This document shows positions 19,606-27,193 of a stretch of DNA of 57,266 bases, piece by piece. Position 1 is the stretch's first letter; every line of letters starts with the position of its first letter. This stretch comes from an uncultured Bacilli bacterium. GTDB lineage: Bacteria > Bacillota_I > Bacilli_A > RF39 > UBA660. The notes beneath the pieces were generated by a model. That model saw only the letters and a list, made by a program, of their open reading frames with translations, made no database searches and had not been told where the DNA came from. A program made the position numbers and the translations under genes. The stretch lies in NCBI GenBank assembly GCA_947627925.1, contig CANQXW010000004.1, positions 1 through 57,266 on the forward strand, written 5' to 3'.

Positions 19606-20331
19606 CTAACTTACTTTATTAAAATACGCATAACATAAATCCGGTACTTTATATTTCACTGTCATTTTATTATTTTCATATGTTATCACTGTTTGGGTAG
19701 ATTGATCTTTATTATTACATTCATAATTTTCTAATTTATATCCACTATCTGGTATCTCTTGGATTGTATATTTTTTTCCTTCTTTTTCTTTCACTATTGT
19801 TCCTTCATTTGATTCTACTAAGGCTATTACATTTATATCTCCATTTAATTGATCATATTTGCTAAAGTCAATATTGTAATATAATCTACATACTATTTGA
19901 TGAGGTTTATCTTCACTTATAGTTATTTTTAAATTTCCGTTTTCATCAAAGCCATAATTACTATACTTTACTTTATCATTATCTAGTTCACTTTCTTCGG
20001 GTATACAGTTACTCTTACTTTTTACTAAGGTATATTCTTTTATATCTACTGGGGCTGTTTCTAATACGACATATTCTTTAGGATTAAATATATCTTGAAT
20101 ATAATATAATAAGTTTATATCAGTATTAGTATCTAAAGGAGATGTATCTCCTTTGGCAAATTCTCCTATTTTAGTACTTAATATAGGTAGTTCATTACTA
20201 CTACTATAATAGGCATATGAATTATGTGATGAAATAAGCCAAATAACTTGGACTATAATTACTAATGCAATTATTATTAAACTTTTATATTCTTTAATAG
20301 TATTTAAGATTTTACTCTCCTTTATTTTCAT
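19606..20331 (-). CDS. membrane-anchored hypothetical protein
   Basis: 241 aa with an N-terminal TM 'LIIIALVIIVQVIWLI'. It has Cys-bracketed modules ending 'C.LYY'/'CYAYF' that also occur in the downstream 425-aa protein. Confidence 0.5.
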   Translation of the reverse strand: MKIKESKILNTIKEYKSLIIIALVIIVQVIWLISSHNSYAYYSSSNELPILSTKIGEFAKGDTSPLDTNTDINLLYYIQDIFNPKEYVVLETAPVDIKEYTLVKSKSNCIPEESELDNDKVKYSNYGFDENGNLKITISEDKPHQIVCRLYYNIDFSKYDQLNGDINVIALVESNEGTIVKEKEGKKYTIQEIPDSGYKLENYECNNKDQSTQTVITYENNKMTVKYKVPDLCYAYFNKVS

Positions 20332-20501
20332 TTAAACCATTCCTTTGTGTTGCAAATACTGAAATTAATAATGCAATAAAATATGGAGTATTGATAATAC
20401 CCTCTATATAATAAAAGTATAGCAAATTTAAAAGAGCCTTGTCAATGCCCTTTTTATAAAAATGAAAGATAAAATACCTTATAATGTAAGCGTGATGACA
20501 A

Positions 20502-20714
20502 ATGGAATTTAAAGCAAATAAATACAAACCCAGTGAAACATTTAAATTTATTAGACAATGTTCAGGTGTTACCCAAAAAGAACTGGCTAAACAAATGGGC
20601 AAATCTCTTTATTGGGTAAAAAAGAATGAACAAGATGTAACTAGATATTATTTTGAAGATTTATTAAAAATGGCTAACTTGTTTGATATAGAAATTATTG
20701 TTAGAAAGAAATAA
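20502..20714 (+). CDS. XRE-family helix-turn-helix transcriptional regulator
   Basis: 70 aa. 'FIRQCSGVTQKELAKQMGKSLYWVKKNE' is a typical Cro/CI HTH. It is divergent from the 19606..20331 gene. Confidence 0.7.
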   Translation: MEFKANKYKPSETFKFIRQCSGVTQKELAKQMGKSLYWVKKNEQDVTRYYFEDLLKMANLFDIEIIVRKK

Positions 20715-20745
20715 TTTCTTTTTTTATTCATAAAAAAGCAGAAGA

Positions 20746-22170
20746 TTATTTTGCTTCTGTTTCTTTAATTTTATTAATTGCATTTTCTACTACTTCTTCA
20801 TCAGGAATCATTACATATAATTTATTATTTTTATAAGAATATGTATATTCATAGCCATCAGTACCAGTTAATATTTGACTTTCTATTTGCCAATTTCTAG
20901 GCCTTTGAATTTCTTTTTTAACAAAACCTAACATAACACTTTGACTAGCATTAGTCGTAAATGATCCTTCTAAAGTTTTAAGTAAACTATTATATTTAGT
21001 AATAATAGCTTTACTTCTGGCTTTATTAATCACGGCTTCTAAAACTTTAATTTGATTTTTACCTCTACCTAAATCTCCCCCAGTGACATGATGTCTTTCT
21101 CTTACAAAAGATAAAGCTCTTTCTCCATCTAAAGTTATTTCTCCTTGTGGATATTTAAAATTATCTTCGGAAGTGAATGTTTCATCATTATAAACCGTTA
21201 CTCCTTCTAAAACATCAATGGCTTTAATAACAGATGTAAAGTTAACTTTAACATAATAATTAATTTTGGTATCCAGTAATTTTTCAATGGCATAAATACT
21301 CGAATCTACTCCATATATTCCCGCATGGGTTAATTTATCTTTCATACTATTATTATTAATATTAATATAATAATCTCTTGGTATCCAAGTAATTAAAACT
21401 TTTTCCGTAACCGGATTAACAGTTACTACAATATTAACATCACTTCTTGATGTTTGATTAATTTTACCAAATGTATCAATACCACTTATATAAACATTAA
21501 ATGGTTCTTTATTAATATTAATAGCATCTTCAATATTATTAATATCATCTTTTATTTCAATTTGATATATATTATTTAAATTATTATAATCATCCACATT
21601 ATTTTCTTTTAAAATATTAAGTTCACTATCTTCTAAAATAATTCCGGCAACATTTTCATCTAATAAATTACTAACTAAAGTATCTGTATCTTCATAATCT
21701 TTAAATTCTGGATCAATCTTTTTTTGAATACTACTTCTCGCACTTTCTAAAGATGAGGCCATACTTACTTCATTAATACCAATTACTTCGCCATCTAAAT
21801 CATCTATCTTTTTATAAGAAGCACTATTTAAAACTAAAACATTATAAGTTTTTAAATCATAATTATCTTTATTTAAACTAAATAAAAATCCCATTGTATT
21901 AAATAAATATACTTCGCCAAAAATAGTTATACCAATAATAGCCATACTACATAAATTACCTAGCATACGCCATATTCTCGTTCTATTAAAATTAAGTAAA
22001 ATTATACCTAAAACAATAAAAGCGGTAATAGCTATTGCTATTAAAGTCCAAGCAAGAGGAATCACATTTAAATAAATAATGGCTCCAAAAAGAAGAGTTA
22101 ATACTCCCAATAAAATAAGTGTTAATAATTTACTAAATTTATGTTTCTTTTTTTTCTTGATTGTACCCAT
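20746..22170 (-). CDS. LytR-CpsA-Psr (LCP) family cell-wall glycopolymer transferase
   Basis: ORF trimmed to the ATG at 22170 (GAGGAG Shine-Dalgarno 8 nt upstream). Lys-rich N-terminus plus TM helices, then 'SRSDVNIVVTVNP...LITWIPRDYY', 'KLTHAGIYG', 'YYVKVNFTSVIKAIDVLEGV' and 'GERALSFVRERH', all LCP hallmarks. Confidence 0.88.
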   Translation of the reverse strand: MGTIKKKKKHKFSKLLTLILLGVLTLLFGAIIYLNVIPLAWTLIAIAITAFIVLGIILLNFNRTRIWRMLGNLCSMAIIGITIFGEVYLFNTMGFLFSLNKDNYDLKTYNVLVLNSASYKKIDDLDGEVIGINEVSMASSLESARSSIQKKIDPEFKDYEDTDTLVSNLLDENVAGIILEDSELNILKENNVDDYNNLNNIYQIEIKDDINNIEDAININKEPFNVYISGIDTFGKINQTSRSDVNIVVTVNPVTEKVLITWIPRDYYININNNSMKDKLTHAGIYGVDSSIYAIEKLLDTKINYYVKVNFTSVIKAIDVLEGVTVYNDETFTSEDNFKYPQGEITLDGERALSFVRERHHVTGGDLGRGKNQIKVLEAVINKARSKAIITKYNSLLKTLEGSFTTNASQSVMLGFVKKEIQRPRNWQIESQILTGTDGYEYTYSYKNNKLYVMIPDEEVVENAINKIKETEAK

Positions 22171-22265
22171 AAGAAAAACTCCTCGTATCTTAATTATAAC
22201 AAACATCTAATTGTTAACAAAAAAATAAGCGTTTTTAGTTAACGCTTATTTGACTATTTATTAGT

Positions 22266-22299
22266 ATAAAAACTAGAGTGAGCTCTCTAGTTCTTTTTT
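22266..22299. terminator. bidirectional rho-independent terminator closing the T7SS-locus transcription unit
   Basis: 'aaaAACTAGAG-tgagct-CTCTAGTTctttttt' is an 8-bp stem. It is flanked by an A-run and a T-run, so a U-tract follows on either strand. Confidence 0.6.
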
Positions 22300-22398
22300 A
22301 AGTTCCTCTTATGGTGGGAATCACCGCTTTTTTAAGTTCCTCTTATGGTGGGAATCACCGCTTTTTTAAGTTCCTCTTATATAGTGGGAATCACTAGC
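22294..22398. repeat. 34-bp tandem direct repeat x3 (third copy carries a 3-nt insertion)
   Basis: The unit 'ttttttaagttcctcttatggtgggaatcaccgc' starts at 22294, 22328 and 22362. The third copy has an 'ata' insertion and a changed 3' end ('cactagc'), and only the ttttttaa lead-in recurs at 22399. Each unit contains a mini hairpin GGTG-ggaat-CACC followed by a T-run. Confidence 0.9.
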
Positions 22399-22407
22399 TT
22401 TTTTAAT

Positions 22408-22435
22408 ACTTAATTACTTAATTACTTAATTAAGT
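22408..22435. repeat. 8-nt tandem repeat (acttaatt x3) ending in the palindrome acttaattaagt
   Basis: Read directly, ~40 nt downstream of the HerA-like stop codon. Confidence 0.85.
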
Positions 22436-22475
22436 ACTATTAATATACTACAAAATTATTACTATGTCAATTGGT

Positions 22476-24347
22476 TTAAATTTGTTCTAATTTAGGCATG
22501 GCAGCTACTTGCTCACCAGTATTTAGTATTTCACCCGTAACTGTACTAGATCCTACTACTGTTTCTGTGGTGCCAATATCACTTGATATATTATTTTTAG
22601 AATCCCAATATGAGGAAACATCACAGCTGGCTGAGTATGGTCTTGGATTAGGCATCTCTAATTTAACAATCATCGGAATTTTAAACGCTGTTCCAAAGGC
22701 GACGCAAGTACCAGGTTGTAATATTTTCATTTTTTCAATAACATCAGCACTGATATTAGGAAGCATTTCTTCAATATATTTAATATCTTTAGGGTGGGTC
22801 ATTTTAAAGATTAAAAAGTTGGAACATTGGGCAATAACAGTATCGGATATTTCTACTGGTCTTTGACTAATAATATCTAAAATAACCCCATATTTACGTC
22901 CTTCTTTAGCAATCCGATCAAAAATATTATATCCTAGTAAGAAGACATCATTATCTTGTTGAATATAACGATGGGCTTCTTCTAAAAATAAATGGAATGG
23001 CACAGTTGCTCTACTAGCATTATCTTTAGCAAAATCAAAGATAATCCGTGAATATATTTTAACTAAAGCTTTAGCATAAGCATCATCTAAAGTCTCTAAA
23101 TTAATATTAATAATTTGCGATTTATGATTATCTTTACTAACCAAACTAGTTATAAACTTAGCAGGAGAAACAAATTTATCTCCAGTAAAGAATTTACCCA
23201 TTTCATTATGTAAAATATTATTAAGTCTTACTCTTAATAATTGGGCATCATCATGCATATTTTTATTTTGATTAAATCCTTCACTAATTAAAGTAAATTC
23301 TAAAGCTTTAGCTAAATCATTTAAAGTATAAACAGCATCATTAACAACATCTAAATCTTCAATATCTTCTTTAATATATTTTAAAATATAATCCGTAATT
23401 AAGACTTCTTCTCCAAAATGACCATGATTATCAATTTGGAAACATTCACTAAAACTTCTTGTATAACCAACACCTGGGATAACAGCATCTAAATTAAATT
23501 CTTTAGTATGGCAAGTATCAATAATTGTAAAGATATCATCTTTCTTTTGTCTTGCGGTATTAGGACTATATAAAATAGTGATTAAAGCTTTAGCAATAAT
23601 ATTATTTTTATATTCATTAGCGGCTTCATTATCCGTGGCAAATATTTTAGCATATTTCATCGCTCTATCAATTATGGTTAGTTGAGAGTGCTTATCGGCT
23701 TGAAGTAAAACTCCTAAATCATCAACTTTTAATAAATTTAAAGGAATGTTAATTAAAACATCAGTGTCATCTTGAGGATGTGCTGTCACAAATTTATAAT
23801 TGTAATAAGGACTAATTGCGTTAATATTTTTAAAAGCATTTTTATATTCGCCAAAAGAATCAAAGAAAATTAAATTGGCATTATAAGCCAAAGCATTTTT
23901 ATTACTTAAAATATTTTGGACTACTCTAGATACTCCACAAGATTTACCAGAACCTGAGTTACCAAAAATACACATATGATTAGCAAATAAATCATTAATA
24001 TTCGGACAAACATTAAAGTTTTTATAGGTAGCACTAGCTCCTAAAACAAAGTTTTTGTTAGATTCTCTTCCGACTAATTCATATAATTCTTCCGTATTAA
24101 TAACTCTTATTTTACTATTTAAACTAGCTTTTCTAAGTAAACCATTATTATAATGACCATTTATATATTCCCCTAGAAAACGAACTTCAATTTCTTTTTC
24201 TTTAAGTTCGACAATCTCGCCTAAAATCTTTTGATCACCATTTTCAAAAATTAAATGCAAATTAAGTAAATCGCCCGCTGCTTCTGACCCTCCTAAATTT
24301 TCAATAAACGCTACATTATCACTTATGTATAATATTTTTCCAAACAT
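22476..24347 (-). CDS. HerA/DUF87-like (FtsK-HerA superfamily) P-loop ATPase
   Basis: 623 aa. N-terminal barrel-like region, Walker A 'IFGNSGSGKSCG', Walker B/'FLEEAHRY', and 'GRKYGVILDIISQRPVEISDTVIAQCSNFLIFKM'. AAAGGGA Shine-Dalgarno, 24 nt after the preceding gene. Confidence 0.75.
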   Translation of the reverse strand: MFGKILYISDNVAFIENLGGSEAAGDLLNLHLIFENGDQKILGEIVELKEKEIEVRFLGEYINGHYNNGLLRKASLNSKIRVINTEELYELVGRESNKNFVLGASATYKNFNVCPNINDLFANHMCIFGNSGSGKSCGVSRVVQNILSNKNALAYNANLIFFDSFGEYKNAFKNINAISPYYNYKFVTAHPQDDTDVLINIPLNLLKVDDLGVLLQADKHSQLTIIDRAMKYAKIFATDNEAANEYKNNIIAKALITILYSPNTARQKKDDIFTIIDTCHTKEFNLDAVIPGVGYTRSFSECFQIDNHGHFGEEVLITDYILKYIKEDIEDLDVVNDAVYTLNDLAKALEFTLISEGFNQNKNMHDDAQLLRVRLNNILHNEMGKFFTGDKFVSPAKFITSLVSKDNHKSQIININLETLDDAYAKALVKIYSRIIFDFAKDNASRATVPFHLFLEEAHRYIQQDNDVFLLGYNIFDRIAKEGRKYGVILDIISQRPVEISDTVIAQCSNFLIFKMTHPKDIKYIEEMLPNISADVIEKMKILQPGTCVAFGTAFKIPMIVKLEMPNPRPYSASCDVSSYWDSKNNISSDIGTTETVVGSSTVTGEILNTGEQVAAMPKLEQI

Positions 24348-24371
24348 TATTATATCCCTTTCTAACTTCTT

Positions 24372-24803
24372 CTAACTTAAAAGAGTACTTATAGTGGCTT
24401 CTTCATCAGCAATAAGCCTTTGATAATAATATATATTATTTTGAGCCTGGGCTTTTTTCCTATCATTTTCCTCTTTATTATCGTCATTATCTTGTAAACT
24501 AGTAATTTGATTATATCGTATACTACTAATTTGTCTTTCATAACTTTGAATATTTTGAATATGGTCTGCTGCACTTATGATATTTTGTAATTTTTTTTGT
24601 AAAACAGCAATACTACCATTAATACTAGTTGAAGATATAACATCTTGTAATTTATTTTTAGCCAACTTATTAACTTTAGTTGATAAAATACTCGTATTTA
24701 AACTATCTTTTATACTACTTAAATTATGCTTTTCTAAATCTTTCATGGCATTAGTCGCAGTTGTTTTTAAATTGGCCGTAGCCACATTAGAATATGTACT
24801 CAT
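24372..24803 (-). CDS. small helical hypothetical protein (T7SS-locus associated)
   Basis: 143 aa, Ser/Asn/Gln-rich with predicted coiled-coil character. No WXG motif. Packed between a WXG-like gene and the HerA-like gene. Confidence 0.55.
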   Translation of the reverse strand: MSTYSNVATANLKTTATNAMKDLEKHNLSSIKDSLNTSILSTKVNKLAKNKLQDVISSTSINGSIAVLQKKLQNIISAADHIQNIQSYERQISSIRYNQITSLQDNDDNKEENDRKKAQAQNNIYYYQRLIADEEATISTLLS

Positions 24804-24817
24804 CTAAATTCTCCATT

Positions 24818-25081
24818 CTAACTATCCATCCGACGATAATTCATTGTAACATTTTCTAAATATTCTTCAATATTTTTATATTTACTTATTAAAACTTCAT
24901 AATTTTCCTGAAATGTAGAATACATATTGGCAAAATAATCTCTAGTTGGTGAATCCCAACTACCCGTACTAGTAACACTTTTAAAAGAAGAATCAACGGA
25001 ATCCATTAAAGCCATCATATCATGAAATTTTTCCACCATATTAGATTTATAATTGTCTAAAGCCTCGTAATCACAATACAT
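24818..25081 (-). CDS. WXG100-like small protein (WDS variant of the turn motif)
   Basis: 87 aa with a central 'GSWDSPTRDYF', in the size and position typical of an Esx partner protein. Confidence 0.55.
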   Translation of the reverse strand: MYCDYEALDNYKSNMVEKFHDMMALMDSVDSSFKSVTSTGSWDSPTRDYFANMYSTFQENYEVLISKYKNIEEYLENVTMNYRRMDS

Positions 25082-25090
25082 ATATATCTC

Positions 25091-25384
25091 TCATTTCAAA
25101 ACGATGCTTTTATTTCCATAAGCATCATCAAGCGTTGTTATTGCTGTAGTATAACCTGTTATATATTCTTGATATTTATTTAATGACTCTTGAAATTCTT
25201 TTACTTCTTCGAAAAATTCTTCCATTTTCGTTTCAAAAGTATCATGGTCACTACCTTCCCAAATAGAAGCAATATCACCCATTATAATTTTCACACTATC
25301 AATATCTAATTCAAAACTATCTATGGATTCAATAATTTTATTTTTATTACTATTTAATGATCCTGTATTAACTGCTACATCCAT
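25091..25384 (-). CDS. WXG100-family (EsxA-like) protein
   Basis: 97 aa with a central 'IWEGSDHDTF' WXG motif and a helix-turn-helix length typical of ESAT-6-like proteins. Confidence 0.7.
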   Translation of the reverse strand: MDVAVNTGSLNSNKNKIIESIDSFELDIDSVKIIMGDIASIWEGSDHDTFETKMEEFFEEVKEFQESLNKYQEYITGYTTAITTLDDAYGNKSIVLK

Positions 25385-25438
25385 AATTCAACGCCCTTTC
25401 ATAAATAAGACTTAAAAATTTTTTTAAATCTTATTTAT

Positions 25439-25462
25439 GAAAACCACAATATTGTGGTTTTC
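25439..25462 (-). terminator. intrinsic terminator/attenuator after the double-WXG gene
   Basis: The palindrome GAAAACCACA-atat-TGTGGTTTTC is a GC-containing stem followed by TTTTC on the minus strand. A second long AT-rich hairpin (25400..25439, arms cataaataaga/tcttatttatg) follows. Confidence 0.5.
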
Positions 25463-25471
25463 TTATTCTTA

Positions 25472-26131
25472 TTATGCACTTGCGCCAGAATCGGCAGTTT
25501 GAGCATTTTCGCCAGCTTGCTTAATATTGCTTATGCAACGATTTAAATCAGTATTAATAGTTTCCATGTTAGTATCAACTATGCTTTTTAAAGTTTCATA
25601 AGTACTTGCAGCAGCATTTCCTTCCCAACATTCTTCGGTTCCATTACCAATACGTGCTAAATGAGAATCAATATTTGATTTGAAAACTGATAAATTTTCT
25701 CTAATACTATCTAATTCTTCACCAATACTAACAATTGTAGCATAATCGTAAGTTACATAATCAGTATCAATTGTTTTTGCATCAAAATTACTTAAATCAA
25801 CTTTTGTAATTTCTCCTAATCCATCAAGTGCACTACCTAAGTTATCTGTTTCTAATTGACCAACTTGCGTATTTAATTCAGTCATAGAACTTTGAAATTC
25901 AGCCATAAAACTATTAGCAAATGCCACAAAAGCATCATGAGTAGTAACAAAATTATCAAAGTTTGCTTTAGCAGCACTACCTGTCCATACTCCAGGTTGC
26001 ATAAGAGCATCGATTTGTGCTTTGAATTTATCGCTAGCACCTTTTAAAGTATCTCCGCTTCCTCCAATATCATCTAATATTTGATTTACCCAACTTTTCA
26101 TACCTTCTGGTACATATTTAAATACAGCCAT
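25472..26131 (-). CDS. fused tandem WXG100-like protein
   Basis: 219 aa from the ATG at 26131 (GGAGGA Shine-Dalgarno). It has two WXG motifs, 'GVWTGSAAKANF' (N-half) and 'ECWEGNAAASTY' (C-half). Confidence 0.7.
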   Translation of the reverse strand: MAVFKYVPEGMKSWVNQILDDIGGSGDTLKGASDKFKAQIDALMQPGVWTGSAAKANFDNFVTTHDAFVAFANSFMAEFQSSMTELNTQVGQLETDNLGSALDGLGEITKVDLSNFDAKTIDTDYVTYDYATIVSIGEELDSIRENLSVFKSNIDSHLARIGNGTEECWEGNAAASTYETLKSIVDTNMETINTDLNRCISNIKQAGENAQTADSGASA

Positions 26132-26257
26132 TATTTTCCTCCTTCTATCATATATGACTCTATATATTTTTACTATATCATAACTAATAACGATATGCAA
26201 ATTCTATTTACTTATATTTTACATTTATCTACTATGGTTTTTGAATTATTTAATAAG

Positions 26258-26533
26258 TTATAAACTTTTAAAATATCTATTTAAAGCTTCTGTTTCCATA
26301 ATGCTACACTTATTATCAATTGCTTCTTTTAAAATATCTATTTGAGTATCTCTATCATTTATAGAATACCAACTACTAGGATAAATTATTTCTCTTATTT
26401 TTTCTTCTGGAACTTGCGAAAAATCATAATATTCTAACATCATTTTTTTATATTGTAATTGATATCTAGCCAGAATAAAATCCGTTTCATCTAAATTGGC
26501 AATTCTTTCTCTAATTTTATCTTCTATACTCAT
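26258..26533 (-). CDS. hypothetical small protein (candidate immunity/accessory)
   Basis: 91-aa ORF downstream of the giant effector. No motif recognised. Confidence 0.45.
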   Translation of the reverse strand: MSIEDKIRERIANLDETDFILARYQLQYKKMMLEYYDFSQVPEEKIREIIYPSSWYSINDRDTQIDILKEAIDNKCSIMETEALNRYFKSL

Positions 26534-26591
26534 TATATCACCTAATTTCTTAATTTTAATTTTAAAATATTTAATTTAAATTGTAAATATT

Positions 26592-27182
26592 TTAAAAGCC
26601 ATCATTTAAAATAAAATTTACTTCAATATTTAACGATTCTTCCAAAAAACTTTTTAAAGAACTAGAAATATTATTATAAAATTCTCTAATTTGTTTACTT
26701 TCCGTGACCGTACAAAGTTTATCATCATAAACAAATTCAAATACTAAAGACTTAGAATTAACTTCATTTTTTTCTATTGGTATTCCATAAAACACTGTGT
26801 CACCTTGTTCAAAGATAACATCTTTTATTGTTTTTAATATAAATTCATCATCTAAATATTTTTTATCAAACAAACAACTTTTTATGTATTGAATATCTTT
26901 TTTAGTTAAATTTTCAATATGAATATTATTTCTTAAAAATAAATATTTACTATTTAGTGTTGAATTTTCTAAATAAAAATTATGACTTATATCTTTTTTT
27001 TCAGGAATAAATAATATCTTTTTTTTAATTAATTCATCAAGACTATCAAATTTTACATATTTCATTAAAAACTTTTCTAAACTTGATTTATATTTTATTT
27101 GTAGTTGCACAAATAATTCTTCTAAATTCAGTTGTTTTATTAAATTATCATTGTACGTATTTGGCGAATAATCATAAATCAT
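26592..27182 (-). CDS. hypothetical protein (candidate immunity protein)
   Basis: 196-aa ORF starting 12 nt after the effector stop codon. No signal peptide or TM visible. Confidence 0.5.
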   Translation of the reverse strand: MIYDYSPNTYNDNLIKQLNLEELFVQLQIKYKSSLEKFLMKYVKFDSLDELIKKKILFIPEKKDISHNFYLENSTLNSKYLFLRNNIHIENLTKKDIQYIKSCLFDKKYLDDEFILKTIKDVIFEQGDTVFYGIPIEKNEVNSKSLVFEFVYDDKLCTVTESKQIREFYNNISSSLKSFLEESLNIEVNFILNDGF

Positions 27183-27193
27183 ATTTAACCTCC

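Noticed and set aside
20312-20602. 96-aa minus-strand ORF overlapping the XRE gene
   Set aside because: It overlaps the start of the 241-aa gene and is antisense to a convincing HTH regulator. It has no Shine-Dalgarno and its peptide looks like an intergenic translation.
22294-22398. Possible CRISPR array
   Set aside because: The 34-bp units are directly abutting with no spacers, and no cas genes are nearby. It is a plain tandem repeat.
22294-22398. Repeated 8-codon mini-ORFs (GTG ATT CCC ACC ATA AGA GGA ACT TAA) on the minus strand of each 34-bp unit
   Set aside because: The AGGA-to-GTG spacing (~13 nt) is long and nothing else supports translation. This is most likely coincidental.
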